Assembly (NCBI GenBank): GCA_963830915.1
Contig: CAWHOE010000064.1
Coordinates: 128,001 to 192,000 of the forward strand
Reading direction: 5' to 3'
Length of the DNA stretch: 64,000 nt
Source of the DNA: a candidate division FCPU426 bacterium
GTDB lineage: Bacteria; Oederibacteriota; Muellerivitia; Muellerivitales; Muellerivitaceae
Shown here: piece after piece, positions 48,431-57,414 of the stretch
Layout of the letters: each line of letters opens with the position of its first letter
Numbering within the stretch: the first letter of the stretch is position 1
Position numbers and translations under genes: made by a program
The notes under the pieces: generated by a model
The model's input: the letters and a program-made list of their open reading frames with translations, nothing else
The model's database searches: none
What the model was told of the DNA's origin: nothing

Positions 48431-48940
48431 ATGGCCTTCCTGCGTTTCATCCATCTGTTCACGTTCGTCTTTTGGTACGGTACCCTGCTTTATTTCACCT
48501 TTGTCCAGGCGCCCATCCTTCACAAAAACTTGCCGCGCGAATTATTCGGCCTGGTCCAGAGCAAGCTCTTCCCCGCCTATTACCTCATCAGTTACATTTG
48601 CGGCGCCCTATTGGTCGTCACCTATCACCTGCTTCATCCCCTCAAGGATTATGTCAGCCAGGACTGCGTGAAGATCACGGCCCTTTGCTTGATGCTGATT
48701 TTCTCCCTCGGGCAGGGTCTTTGGATCGGCCCCCAAGTCGCGGCCCTTCGCCTTTCCCGACTGGCGGCCGAGGAAGCGAAGAACACGGCGAAGAAAGAAG
48801 CCTTAGCTCTCGAGTTCAGGAAAGCCCACGGGATCTCCAGTCTTTTGAATCTCCTCACCATCCTCTCGGGCTTGGTCTATCTGATCTATTTGGCCCAGGA
48901 AACCAGGTCCCATTCCTTCTTCCATGATCTTTTCCAATGA
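48431..48940 (+). CDS. DUF4149 / TMEM205-like membrane protein
   Basis: LPRELFGLVQSKLFPAYY and FRKAHGISSLLNL. Confidence 0.85.
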   Translation: MAFLRFIHLFTFVFWYGTLLYFTFVQAPILHKNLPRELFGLVQSKLFPAYYLISYICGALLVVTYHLLHPLKDYVSQDCVKITALCLMLIFSLGQGLWIGPQVAALRLSRLAAEEAKNTAKKEALALEFRKAHGISSLLNLLTILSGLVYLIYLAQETRSHSFFHDLFQ

Positions 48941-49851
48941 GGTTCGGGGCCTCCCCGGGAAATAACCGACCTTTCCTCGCGGTCCTATTCCTCCTTTCGC
49001 TCCCTGGCCTGTCCCGCGCCGTTGATTATCGGCAGGATTTCTACGCCCAGATGGCCCGTCACGATAGGTCCGCCATGGATCGGACCCTGAAGGATTGGAA
49101 AAACAAGAGGCCGGATGATGTGGAATGGCTCATCGCGAACGGCCATTATTTCCACGAGAAAGCCCGGTTATCCCCTAAAAAAAGCAAACCGATCGACCGG
49201 TCCGCCCAGGGGATCGTCCGAAGCCCTTCCTCGGACTTTCCCAAGGAGGAATTCAAATGGGACCCCAAATACCTGCGGCAGGCCGCCCAATCGTGGAATG
49301 AGGCCCTGGAACGGTCGCCTGAGAGGCTGGACCTGTCTTTTTCCCTGGCCGACCTTTATCTGGAAGGGAACAATTACGAGGCCCTCTACGGGACATTGCA
49401 GAAGACCCTGCAATACGCCGAAAAAAACCAGGCCAAGCTTCGCTGGACCAACGGAACGGACCTGACCGAACCGCCGTCGGCTTTCATCCCCTCGAAAACA
49501 CAGGCCTATATCTCCTATTACTTCGGGCCCCTGGAGGCGAAAAGCGCGGTCAAGGCCCTGCGGTTGGCCCGTTTGATCATGACCTATTACCCCGATAACG
49601 CTGATTCCTATAACTCGGTTGGGATTTATTATTCCATCAAGAAGGATTGGCCCAAGTCCTTGAAGTATTTGATCATCGCCAGCCGCAAGGAACCGGGCAA
49701 CAGCCTCTACCTATGCAACATCGGACAGACCTTGAGGTTGTTGAACAAGAAAAGGGAGGCCCGGATCTATTTCCAGAAGGTGTTGGAACTGAATAATGAT
49801 CCGGAAAACATGGCTGAGGCGAGGAAACAAATGGGGGAGATGAAAGACTAG
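48937..49851 (+). CDS. Exported TPR protein
   Basis: Signal peptide and TPR-like repeats (PDNADSYNSVG, LCNIGQ..EARIYFQKVL). Confidence 0.78.
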   Translation: MRFGASPGNNRPFLAVLFLLSLPGLSRAVDYRQDFYAQMARHDRSAMDRTLKDWKNKRPDDVEWLIANGHYFHEKARLSPKKSKPIDRSAQGIVRSPSSDFPKEEFKWDPKYLRQAAQSWNEALERSPERLDLSFSLADLYLEGNNYEALYGTLQKTLQYAEKNQAKLRWTNGTDLTEPPSAFIPSKTQAYISYYFGPLEAKSAVKALRLARLIMTYYPDNADSYNSVGIYYSIKKDWPKSLKYLIIASRKEPGNSLYLCNIGQTLRLLNKKREARIYFQKVLELNNDPENMAEARKQMGEMKD

Positions 49852-50477
49852 CGGGCGGGATTTCCCTCGTTCCGCTTTTTTTCCCTCTCGATATATTCGT
49901 CCGCCGCCTTGAACGCGTGGACCGGCCCCGAGGAAAGGGCGTTCAGGTCGTTCGTCTTGCCGATCCCGCCGTAGAATTCCATCAAACCGGCCAGCGTGAG
50001 GATCAGATAGAACAGGGAGGGCTCTCCCAGGTTTCGGATGAGATATTGAAGGAAGAATAGGATCGAGGCGGGATAAAAATGCCCCTCCTCGCCGACCGGC
50101 AGGACCAGGTCGACCGAACGGCCGTCCTCGTTCTGGATCAATCGCAGGGTCATCGAGTATTCGGAAGCCTGGGGTTCCTCGGCCAGCAGGTCCTGGCCCT
50201 TGGCCGTGATGGTCGGCCGTTTCAAACCCTGGGGGGTGACCGTGTCGCCCATGGCCTGTTGGATGAATTGGAGGAGGAGGGGAGCTTGCTTGTTCTCTCC
50301 CAAAAGGAAAAGCACCCTGGTCAGGGAGAGAATGAAGACCTGGATCAGGTCCCGTTCCCTCGAGAGGGGGTTCTCCTCGGGGCTTTGATAGCCCACGAAG
50401 GCCCGGAACCGGCCCTCGAAGGCGATCCTGGCCACGCCGATCTCTTTTTTGATCCCTTCAGAGGTCATATTCACCAC
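49848..50477 (-). CDS. Hypothetical protein
   Basis: 209-aa ORF co-oriented with moeB. Confidence 0.65.
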   Translation of the reverse strand: MVNMTSEGIKKEIGVARIAFEGRFRAFVGYQSPEENPLSRERDLIQVFILSLTRVLFLLGENKQAPLLLQFIQQAMGDTVTPQGLKRPTITAKGQDLLAEEPQASEYSMTLRLIQNEDGRSVDLVLPVGEEGHFYPASILFFLQYLIRNLGEPSLFYLILTLAGLMEFYGGIGKTNDLNALSSGPVHAFKAADEYIEREKKRNEGNPAR

Positions 50478-50492
50478 GGTATGGAATGGCGA

Positions 50493-51653
50493 TCAGTACT
50501 TCGGGACCTTGGGGTCGACCTGGTCGCTCCAACCCAGGATGCCGCCCGCCAGGTTCACCAGCCCCTCGTATCCCTGTTGTTTCAGGAAGGCGATGGCTTT
50601 CTTGCTGCGCGCCCCGCTCTTGCAGTGGACGATGACCTCCTTGCCCTTGAACTGGTCGAATTCGGTGTATCGGTTCTGGATCTGGGAAAGAGGGATCAGT
50701 TTGGAACCCTCGATATGTGCGATGTCGTACTCATTGGGCTCCCTTACGTCCACCAGCACGAAATCCCTTTTCTCGTCCCTCATGACCTTGAGTTCCAGGG
50801 GCGTGATCTCGTCCTTCCCGCTGGTGGCGACCTCCTTGGTCTGGGTGTCCTCGACCTTCATGCCGCAGAACATCTCATAGTCGATCAGGGCCTTGATCGT
50901 GGGGTTCTTCCCGCAGACCGGGCATTCCGGGTCCTTGTGGAGCTTCAGGGTGCGGAAGTTCATGTCCAGGGAGTTATAGATGACGAACTTGCCGATGGCC
51001 GGCTTGCCCGCTCCCGTGATGAGCTTGATGGCCTCGGTGGCCTGGATGGCGCCCACCGTCCCCACCATGGCGCCCATGACGCCTCCCTCCGCGCAGGACG
51101 GGACCTCGCCCGGGGGCGGGGGTTCGGGATAGAGGCAGCGGTAGCAGGGGCCCTCGGGCGTCTTGAAAACCGTGACCTGGCCCTCGAACCGGAAGATGGA
51201 ACCGTACACGTTGGGTTTGCCCTGCAGGACGGCCGCGTCATTGGTGAGGTAGCGGGTGGGGAAATTGTCCGTCCCGTCGATGATCATGTCGTAGTTATCC
51301 AGGATGCCCATGATGTTGTCGCTCTTGAGGGCCACCGGGTAGGTGTTCACGGTGACATCGGGGTTCAGGGCCTTGAGCCGGAGGGCCGCCACCTCGACCT
51401 TGGACTTGCCCACGTCCGCGGTGGTGAAAAGCACCTGGCGCTGGAGATTGCTGGCGTCCACCGTGTCGAAATCCACCAGGCCGATGGTCCCCACCCCGGC
51501 GGCGGCGAGGTAAAGGGAGATGGGACAGCCCAATCCGCCCGCCCCGACCACCAGCACCCTGGCGTTCAGGAGTTTTTTCTGGCCTTCCACGCCCACTTCG
51601 GGCAGGAGGATATGGCGGGTATAGCGCTTGATCTGGTCTTGGTTCAAATTCAT
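50493..51653 (-). CDS. moeB: MoeB/MoeZ-type ThiF adenylyltransferase with C-terminal rhodanese
   Basis: RYTRHILL, GAGGLG, SNLQRQ, CYRC, CPVC, DVREPNE, HCKSGARS. Confidence 0.93.
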   Translation of the reverse strand: MNLNQDQIKRYTRHILLPEVGVEGQKKLLNARVLVVGAGGLGCPISLYLAAAGVGTIGLVDFDTVDASNLQRQVLFTTADVGKSKVEVAALRLKALNPDVTVNTYPVALKSDNIMGILDNYDMIIDGTDNFPTRYLTNDAAVLQGKPNVYGSIFRFEGQVTVFKTPEGPCYRCLYPEPPPPGEVPSCAEGGVMGAMVGTVGAIQATEAIKLITGAGKPAIGKFVIYNSLDMNFRTLKLHKDPECPVCGKNPTIKALIDYEMFCGMKVEDTQTKEVATSGKDEITPLELKVMRDEKRDFVLVDVREPNEYDIAHIEGSKLIPLSQIQNRYTEFDQFKGKEVIVHCKSGARSKKAIAFLKQQGYEGLVNLAGGILGWSDQVDPKVPKY

Positions 51654-51860
51654 CGTGGTGCTCCCCTTTGGCCCGAAGGCTCTTTTGGCGGCGATAGGAA
51701 AGGTATGATAAGAGGTGAAGAACGGCTAAATCAACCCTTTCGCCCTTCCCCGCCCGGGGCGGGCCGTCGTTTTTCCCCTCCCACTTGATTTCAAGAACGG
51801 GAGTCTGTACTTTACGGATAAATGAAAACAATTATCAAAGACTGCCATGGGAAGGAACGG

Positions 51861-52496
51861 ATGAACCCCTCCGACCCCTCCTCCTTGAAAACCCGCGAAC
51901 TGATCTGCGAGCTTTGCCGTCATTTCTACGACCTGGGCTGGGCCTCCGGCACCGGCGGCGGCATCTCGATCAAAGAGGGCTCCCGCATCTACATGGCGCC
52001 CAGTTCGGTCCCCAAAGAGCGTTTGTGTCCCGTGGACATGTTCACCTTGGACGAGGACGGCCGGGTTTTGAGCGAACCGGGCGGGGGTTTGAAATTGTCC
52101 CAGTGCGCCCCCCTCTTCCTGCACGCCTATAAGATCCGCAACGCCGGGGCGGTGCTCCACAGCCATTCCATCAACGCCGTCACCGCGACCCTGCTGTTCG
52201 ACAAGGCCTTCCGGATCAAGAACATGGAGATGCAAAAGGGACTGACCGGTTACGGCGCTTTCGACACCGTCGAGGTGCCGATCATCGAGAACACCGCCCT
52301 GGAATGCGACCTGGCCGACTCCTTGGGCGAGGCCATCCGGAACCATCCCAAGTCCCACGCGGTGCTGGTCCGCCGGCACGGGGTTTACGTCTGGGGCAAG
52401 GACTGGCAGGAAGCCAAGACCCACGCCGAATGCTATGACTATCTGTTCGAGGTTTCGGCGCGGATGAAACAGCTGGGCATCGATACGGGATTTTGA
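51861..52496 (+). CDS. mtnB: Methylthioribulose-1-phosphate dehydratase
   Basis: GWASGTGGGISIK, HSHS, LVRRHGVYVWG. Confidence 0.92.
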   Translation: MNPSDPSSLKTRELICELCRHFYDLGWASGTGGGISIKEGSRIYMAPSSVPKERLCPVDMFTLDEDGRVLSEPGGGLKLSQCAPLFLHAYKIRNAGAVLHSHSINAVTATLLFDKAFRIKNMEMQKGLTGYGAFDTVEVPIIENTALECDLADSLGEAIRNHPKSHAVLVRRHGVYVWGKDWQEAKTHAECYDYLFEVSARMKQLGIDTGF

Positions 52497-52524
52497 ACAT
52501 TAGGTAACATCAGGGGAGGTCGAT

Positions 52525-52986
52525 ATGAAGGCCATTTGGACGGATACGGGAGAGGGCATTTCGGCGGGAGAGCTCAATGCCCAAGGCGTCACTTACGAGC
52601 GGTTCGAGACCGACGAGGCCGTCTATAAAGCGCCCCTGGAAAAGGTCATGAGGGAACGGGGATATGTCACCATGGACCAGGTGAAGATGTGGCCCGAGAT
52701 GCCCAATTTCGACGTCCTCTGCCAGAAGTTCGTGGGGGAACATCTCCACACGGACGACGAGGTGCGATTCGTCCTGGCCGGCTCGGGGGTTTTCGAGATC
52801 CGAAGCAAGGATGACCGCTGGATGAAGGTCACGGTGGAACCGAGCGATTTCATCCTGGTGCCGGCCAACCGCTTTCACCGCTTCTACCTGACCGACGAGA
52901 AGACCATCCACTGCGTCCGCCTGTTCAAGGACGCCTCGGGCTGGACCCCTCTCTACCGGAAGGACCTGGAAACAGCGGCCAAGTAA
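52525..52986 (+). CDS. mtnD: Acireductone dioxygenase
   Basis: EHLHTDDEVR, PANRFHRF, VRLF; follows mtnB. Confidence 0.92.
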   Translation: MKAIWTDTGEGISAGELNAQGVTYERFETDEAVYKAPLEKVMRERGYVTMDQVKMWPEMPNFDVLCQKFVGEHLHTDDEVRFVLAGSGVFEIRSKDDRWMKVTVEPSDFILVPANRFHRFYLTDEKTIHCVRLFKDASGWTPLYRKDLETAAK

Positions 52987-53008
52987 AACGAAGCCTTAAA
53001 GAGGTGTT

Positions 53009-53040
53009 AAGGGGCGGTGGGCGACCATCGCCCTTTTTTT
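53009..53040 (+). terminator. Rho-independent terminator after mtnD
   Basis: GGGCGGTGG-GCGA-CCATCGCCC followed by a T run. Confidence 0.85.
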
Positions 53041-53143
53041 ATGCTTCCCGGCCTTTCACGGATAAGGCGGTTTAGGGTCCTTGGGTTTATAATCTCATGG
53101 ACCGGAAAACCCGGGTCCATACCCCGGATCATCGAAGGACGCC

Positions 53144-53680
53144 ATGGCCGAGTTCCACATCAAGCCTGATTCTAAAAAGATACCTTCCGCCCCCCATTTG
53201 ATGGAGGAACTGCACCGGGTCGGCGTCCCGGTCGAGATCAACGTGAAGGGCAAAGCCGATCAATGGGACGCGGTGCGTTTTTACGAGCCGGGCCCGCCCG
53301 AGATCGAATGCTTCGCTTCCTTCGACCCTGAGGACGGGACCTTCACCGTTTCCCTTCCGCACGACGCCCCCCTGGCCGCCAGGGAACTCCAGCTCTTCAT
53401 CACCAACGAGATCCTCAAGGAGGTCGGCGGCCAGGTGGATAACACCACGACCCGGGAACATTTCTCCGCCGCCCAATTCGCCGCCATGGTCCGCGACCAT
53501 CACCTGTCCAAGAACGATCCCTGGGACCGTTTTTGGCTGGTCTTTTCTTGGGCCGTCGTCCTGTTCGGTTTGTTCCTTTATTTTTCCCTCTCCTCCTCCC
53601 TGCGGACGATGGACCTGACCATCGTCGGGCTTGCCCTGATCAGCGCCATCGGCCTGACCTTCGCCAAACTTAGATCCTGA
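53144..53680 (+). CDS. Hypothetical protein with two C-terminal TM helices
   Basis: 178 aa, AAGGA RBS, stop overlaps the queG start. Confidence 0.7.
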   Translation: MAEFHIKPDSKKIPSAPHLMEELHRVGVPVEINVKGKADQWDAVRFYEPGPPEIECFASFDPEDGTFTVSLPHDAPLAARELQLFITNEILKEVGGQVDNTTTREHFSAAQFAAMVRDHHLSKNDPWDRFWLVFSWAVVLFGLFLYFSLSSSLRTMDLTIVGLALISAIGLTFAKLRS

Positions 53681-54588
53681 TGGACCCGGCCGGTCTGACC
53701 CATTTCCTCAAGGAAAAAGCCAAGGCCTTGGGTTTTGAGCTCTTTGGAGCGACCCCCGCCCGTCCGCCCGCCGATTACGACCTCTTCCTGGATTGGCTGA
53801 AAAAAGGTTACGCCGGGGAAATGGGATATCTGGAACGCCGCAAGGCGGAAAGGGGCGACCCCTCCCTGCTCCTGCCGGGGGCCCGTTCGGTCGTGAGTTT
53901 AGGGATGAGTTATAACCCTTCTCCTGAGCATTATCCCCTTTTGGAAAAACACCCCGTCTCCTGCTACGCCTGGGGACAGGATTATCACGAGGTCTTGGGT
54001 GAAAAACTCCGTTCCCTTTGCCAGGCTCTTCTCGGGGCGAACCCGGGGGCTGCCGCCAAGTGGTACGTGGACACGGGGCCGATATTGGAGCGGAGCTTCG
54101 CGGCCCAGGCCGGGCTGGGTTGGATCGGCAAGAACACCCTGTTGCTGAACAAGGAATACGGGTCTTTTTTGTTCCTGGGCGAGATCCTCACGGACCTGGA
54201 GCTTGATTATGACCAGCCGACGGACAATTCATGCGGGACCTGCTCCTGCTGTGTGGACGCCTGCCCGGTCGGCGCCCTGGAAGAACCCGGCGTCCTGAAC
54301 GCCAACAAGTGCATCAGCTACCTGACCCTGGAACGCCGTTCGGATTTCACCGGTCCCACCGACCTTCACGGCTACCTGGCGGGTTGCGACCTGTGCCAGA
54401 CCGCCTGTCCCTATAACACCAACGCTCCCGCCGGCCAGGAGAAAGCCTTCACGCCGAGGGCCGAGATCCTGGCGTTGAGCGGGGAAAAGGCCGTCTCAAT
54501 GACGGAGGATGATTTTAAGGGATTCACGCGCAATAGCGCCTTGGAGAGGATCAAATACCCGATGTGGAGAAGGAACAACAAAGGCTGA
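53680..54588 (+). CDS. queG: Epoxyqueuosine reductase
   Basis: YAWGQDYH, VDTGPILER, GLGWIGKN, CGTCSCCVDACP, CISYLTLE, GCDLCQTACP. Confidence 0.93.
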   Translation: MDPAGLTHFLKEKAKALGFELFGATPARPPADYDLFLDWLKKGYAGEMGYLERRKAERGDPSLLLPGARSVVSLGMSYNPSPEHYPLLEKHPVSCYAWGQDYHEVLGEKLRSLCQALLGANPGAAAKWYVDTGPILERSFAAQAGLGWIGKNTLLLNKEYGSFLFLGEILTDLELDYDQPTDNSCGTCSCCVDACPVGALEEPGVLNANKCISYLTLERRSDFTGPTDLHGYLAGCDLCQTACPYNTNAPAGQEKAFTPRAEILALSGEKAVSMTEDDFKGFTRNSALERIKYPMWRRNNKG

Positions 54589-54684
54589 CCGTTCCAAGGG
54601 GGAACCGGTTTGGGTGTTGATGTTTATTGGGCGAGTAACCCCACAGGGACTTCGGGGCTGGAAACAGCGAGATCTAAAAACTTC

Positions 54685-55464
54685 TCATTCAGGTAACGGG
54701 ATGACGGGAACCTCCCCGCCATACCCTTTGCCCGTCTGGGAGGCGCCGGACGCCTTGACCTTACCGAAGAAAAGGGCGAAACGTTCCTTGAGTTCGCTCA
54801 GGTTCAATCCCAAATAGGTCCCGGGCAATTGGTCCCATTTTTCCTTGGCCTTTTCATAGAGCCCAAAGGCTCCCGGTCCATTCCCGTTCTGGAGATGATG
54901 GACCGCCACGGCGGCCTGGATCAGGGCCTGATAATGGACCTTATCCAGCCCCTCCGCCTTCATCCAGAGATGTTCGATCATCTCATGGCACTCGAAATAA
55001 GCCCCTTGATTGAACAGCCGGATGCCCTCCAGGTACTCGTGACGGAATTTGGAGGTCTTTTCCTTCTCCCAATCCTTCACCGCCAACTCCCCGATCAGGG
55101 TCTGGTCCGCCTCGGGGAAATTGTATTTGGACAGGTCCCCGGGGTTGGCCCAGGCGAAATCGGCCACCTCGATCTTCTGGGGCGTCCCGCTCTTGAGGCC
55201 GCAAAGGAAGATGTTCAGCCTCACTGACCGGGTGGAGTAATGGTAGGTGATGATCTTATAGAACAACTTGACCTCCACCTCGACGGCCAATTCCTCTCTC
55301 AATTCGCGGATGACGCATTCCTCCAGGGATTCGGTGGGTTCTTTCTTCCCTCCCGGAAGTTCCCAAAAACCCCCGAAAGAATCATCGGGCATCCTCTGGG
55401 TGATGAGGTATCGGCCGTTCTCATAAATGAGGGCCGCGCCCACCTCGAGGGGGGATGGGGTCAT
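54685..55464 (-). CDS. MutT-like NUDIX hydrolase fused to DUF309
   Basis: WELPGGK...RELREELA Nudix box, then GIRLFNQGAYFECHEMIEHLW (DUF309). Confidence 0.85.
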   Translation of the reverse strand: MTPSPLEVGAALIYENGRYLITQRMPDDSFGGFWELPGGKKEPTESLEECVIRELREELAVEVEVKLFYKIITYHYSTRSVRLNIFLCGLKSGTPQKIEVADFAWANPGDLSKYNFPEADQTLIGELAVKDWEKEKTSKFRHEYLEGIRLFNQGAYFECHEMIEHLWMKAEGLDKVHYQALIQAAVAVHHLQNGNGPGAFGLYEKAKEKWDQLPGTYLGLNLSELKERFALFFGKVKASGASQTGKGYGGEVPVIPLPE

Positions 55465-55820
55465 TTGTTCCTCTTTCGGATATTCGCCTGCCGGCGGTTC
55501 TTCTTCCTTTGTTTCCTGGCAAAGGACATCTTGGCTTTTTCGGAGGGTTGGTCCAGGCTTTCCCCGGCGATCAGGCTGGTCTTTCGTTCCTTGGGAAGGC
55601 TTTTGACCTGGTATTCCCGCCGAAGGGCCGCTGAGTAGTCCGCCTGGGTCTCCTGGTAGACCAATCGGACGGGGGCGTGGGCGGCCGCGTACTTGCTGCC
55701 CTTCCCCTCGTTATGCGTGGCGATCCTTTTTTCCACGTCCTTGGTGATGCCCGTGTAATAGGACCCGTCCGCGCACTCCGCGATATAAAGATTCCATTGT
55801 TCCTTCGGGTCTTGTCTCAC
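55461..55820 (-). CDS. GIY-YIG nuclease (UPF0213/YazA-like)
   Basis: LYIAECADGSYYTGIT...RIATHNEGKGSKY...ALRRE. Confidence 0.9.
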   Translation of the reverse strand: MRQDPKEQWNLYIAECADGSYYTGITKDVEKRIATHNEGKGSKYAAAHAPVRLVYQETQADYSAALRREYQVKSLPKERKTSLIAGESLDQPSEKAKMSFARKQRKKNRRQANIRKRNK

Positions 55821-55836
55821 GGAATCCTCGTGTCTT

Positions 55837-56664
55837 TTAATTCACGAACAGGATCTCCCCCACGGGGGGGATCAGCTTATGGATCTCGCCCTGGCGGAGG
55901 AACTCCCGAACGGCTTTCCGTCCTTCCTCTCCCATGTCGACCGTGCGCTCGTTCACCCACATGCCGACGAAGCGGTCCGCCACGTCCCTGGAAAGGCCTC
56001 GGCCGAAAGCCAGGGCGTAATCCAAGGCCGCGTCCCGGTGGGCCAGGGAATATTGGATGGATTGTTTCAAGTGCTTGGACACCTTCTCTTTCACATCCTT
56101 CGGCAGGTCCTTGCGGATGGCGTTCAACCCCATCGGCAGCACCAGCCCCGTCTTTTGGAACCACCACTCCCCCAGTTCCAGGACGTTGAAAAGGCCTTTT
56201 TCCTGATAGGTCAATTGACCCTCGTGGATGATCAATCCCGCTTCCACCTTGCCCTGGATCACCTCATCCATGATCCGGTCGAAATCCATGACCACTTCCT
56301 TGAATTCAGGCAGGCACAAACGCAGGGCCAGGTAGGCGCTGGTAAGCTTGCCCGGGACCGCGATGGTCTTGCCCTTGAGTTCCTCGATGGTCATGGCCTT
56401 CTTGGCGATGACCATGGGGCCATAATTCTTGCCGATGCTTCCCCCGTGGGTCAGGACGTCGTACTTGTCCTTCACGTAAGCGTAGGCGTGGGCCGAGATG
56501 GCGGTCACTTCCATGCGCCCTTCCCTGGCCCAGTCGTTCAGGGTCTGGATATCCTTCAAGACATGCTCGTACTCAACGCCTTCGGTGTCCAGTTTCCCCT
56601 TGGCTAGTCCGTAGAACATGAAGGCGTCGTCCGCGTCCGGGCTGTGGGCTAATTTGATCTTCAT
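55837..56664 (-). CDS. mqnD: 1,4-dihydroxy-6-naphthoate synthase (futalosine pathway)
   Basis: AHSPDADDAFMFY, DIQTLN, GLIIHEGQLTY. Confidence 0.9.
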   Translation of the reverse strand: MKIKLAHSPDADDAFMFYGLAKGKLDTEGVEYEHVLKDIQTLNDWAREGRMEVTAISAHAYAYVKDKYDVLTHGGSIGKNYGPMVIAKKAMTIEELKGKTIAVPGKLTSAYLALRLCLPEFKEVVMDFDRIMDEVIQGKVEAGLIIHEGQLTYQEKGLFNVLELGEWWFQKTGLVLPMGLNAIRKDLPKDVKEKVSKHLKQSIQYSLAHRDAALDYALAFGRGLSRDVADRFVGMWVNERTVDMGEEGRKAVREFLRQGEIHKLIPPVGEILFVN

Positions 56665-56688
56665 AAGGTCCCCTTTGATCGATCGAGA

Positions 56689-57414
56689 TTAAATTTCTTC
56701 CAGGATGGCTTGGATCACCTTTTCGGTATCCGTCAGGTCCTGGAACAGAAAATCCGGTTTTTCCGCCGCCAGTTCATCCATCTTATAATTGCTCGAGGCC
56801 ACGGCGATGGTCCTCACATCCAATGGCTTGCCGCACTGAACGTCATTGGGGGTGTCCCCGATGATGACGATCTCTTTTTTCGTGAAATCATGGCCGGACA
56901 CCCGTTTGGCCTCGGCGATCGCCCGGGGCGGCAGATCGATCCTTTTCATCGCCCCGTCCCCAAAGGCCCCGAAAGGAAAATAACGGTTCAGTTTATGGGT
57001 TTCCAGTTTCCAACGGGCGCCTTCCTCGAAATTGCCCGTCAGAAGCCCCAGAAGAAGGTCTTTTCTGCCTTCCAACGCGGGCAGCAGCTCCTTCACCCCG
57101 GGTTTGAGCTGCACATGCTGGGGACCTTTCACTTTGTCCCGCAGGCTTCGCAGATACCTCTTTTGGATCAGGGGAAGGGCTTGAGTGAATACATCCTCCG
57201 TGACCGCGCCCCCCAGGAGTTCCCAAATGATCTGGGGATCGGTCTTCCCTCCCGCGCGGAAATGGGAAGCGTCCACCGTGACCGGTATGTTCAGTTCCCG
57301 GAAGGTCACCTCGATCGCGCTCTTGAACGGCTCTTCCCAGCCTTTGCGGTAAGTGCTCAAAAGCGTTCCATCGATGTCAAAAAGCACCAGCCGGGCCGGC
57401 TTATCCTGGGTCAT
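56689..57414 (-). CDS. HAD family hydrolase
   Basis: LFDIDGTL, GKTD, LLTGN, IGDTPNDV. Confidence 0.9.
   Translation of the reverse strand: MTQDKPARLVLFDIDGTLLSTYRKGWEEPFKSAIEVTFRELNIPVTVDASHFRAGGKTDPQIIWELLGGAVTEDVFTQALPLIQKRYLRSLRDKVKGPQHVQLKPGVKELLPALEGRKDLLLGLLTGNFEEGARWKLETHKLNRYFPFGAFGDGAMKRIDLPPRAIAEAKRVSGHDFTKKEIVIIGDTPNDVQCGKPLDVRTIAVASSNYKMDELAAEKPDFLFQDLTDTEKVIQAILEEI

Noticed and set aside
50079..51788. Long antisense ORFs (for example 50079-51788, 43159-44532, 59290-60714, 61094-62353)
   Set aside because: Shadow frames opposite well-supported GC-rich genes, with no recognisable motifs.
51654..51860. SAM riboswitch upstream of mtnB
   Set aside because: SAM-I core elements are not recognisable in the correct order on the + strand.
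55461..55820. GIY-YIG gene as the mobiliser of the cassette array
   Set aside because: Ordinary stand-alone UPF0213-type gene inside a housekeeping run about 19 kb away; no evidence of linkage.
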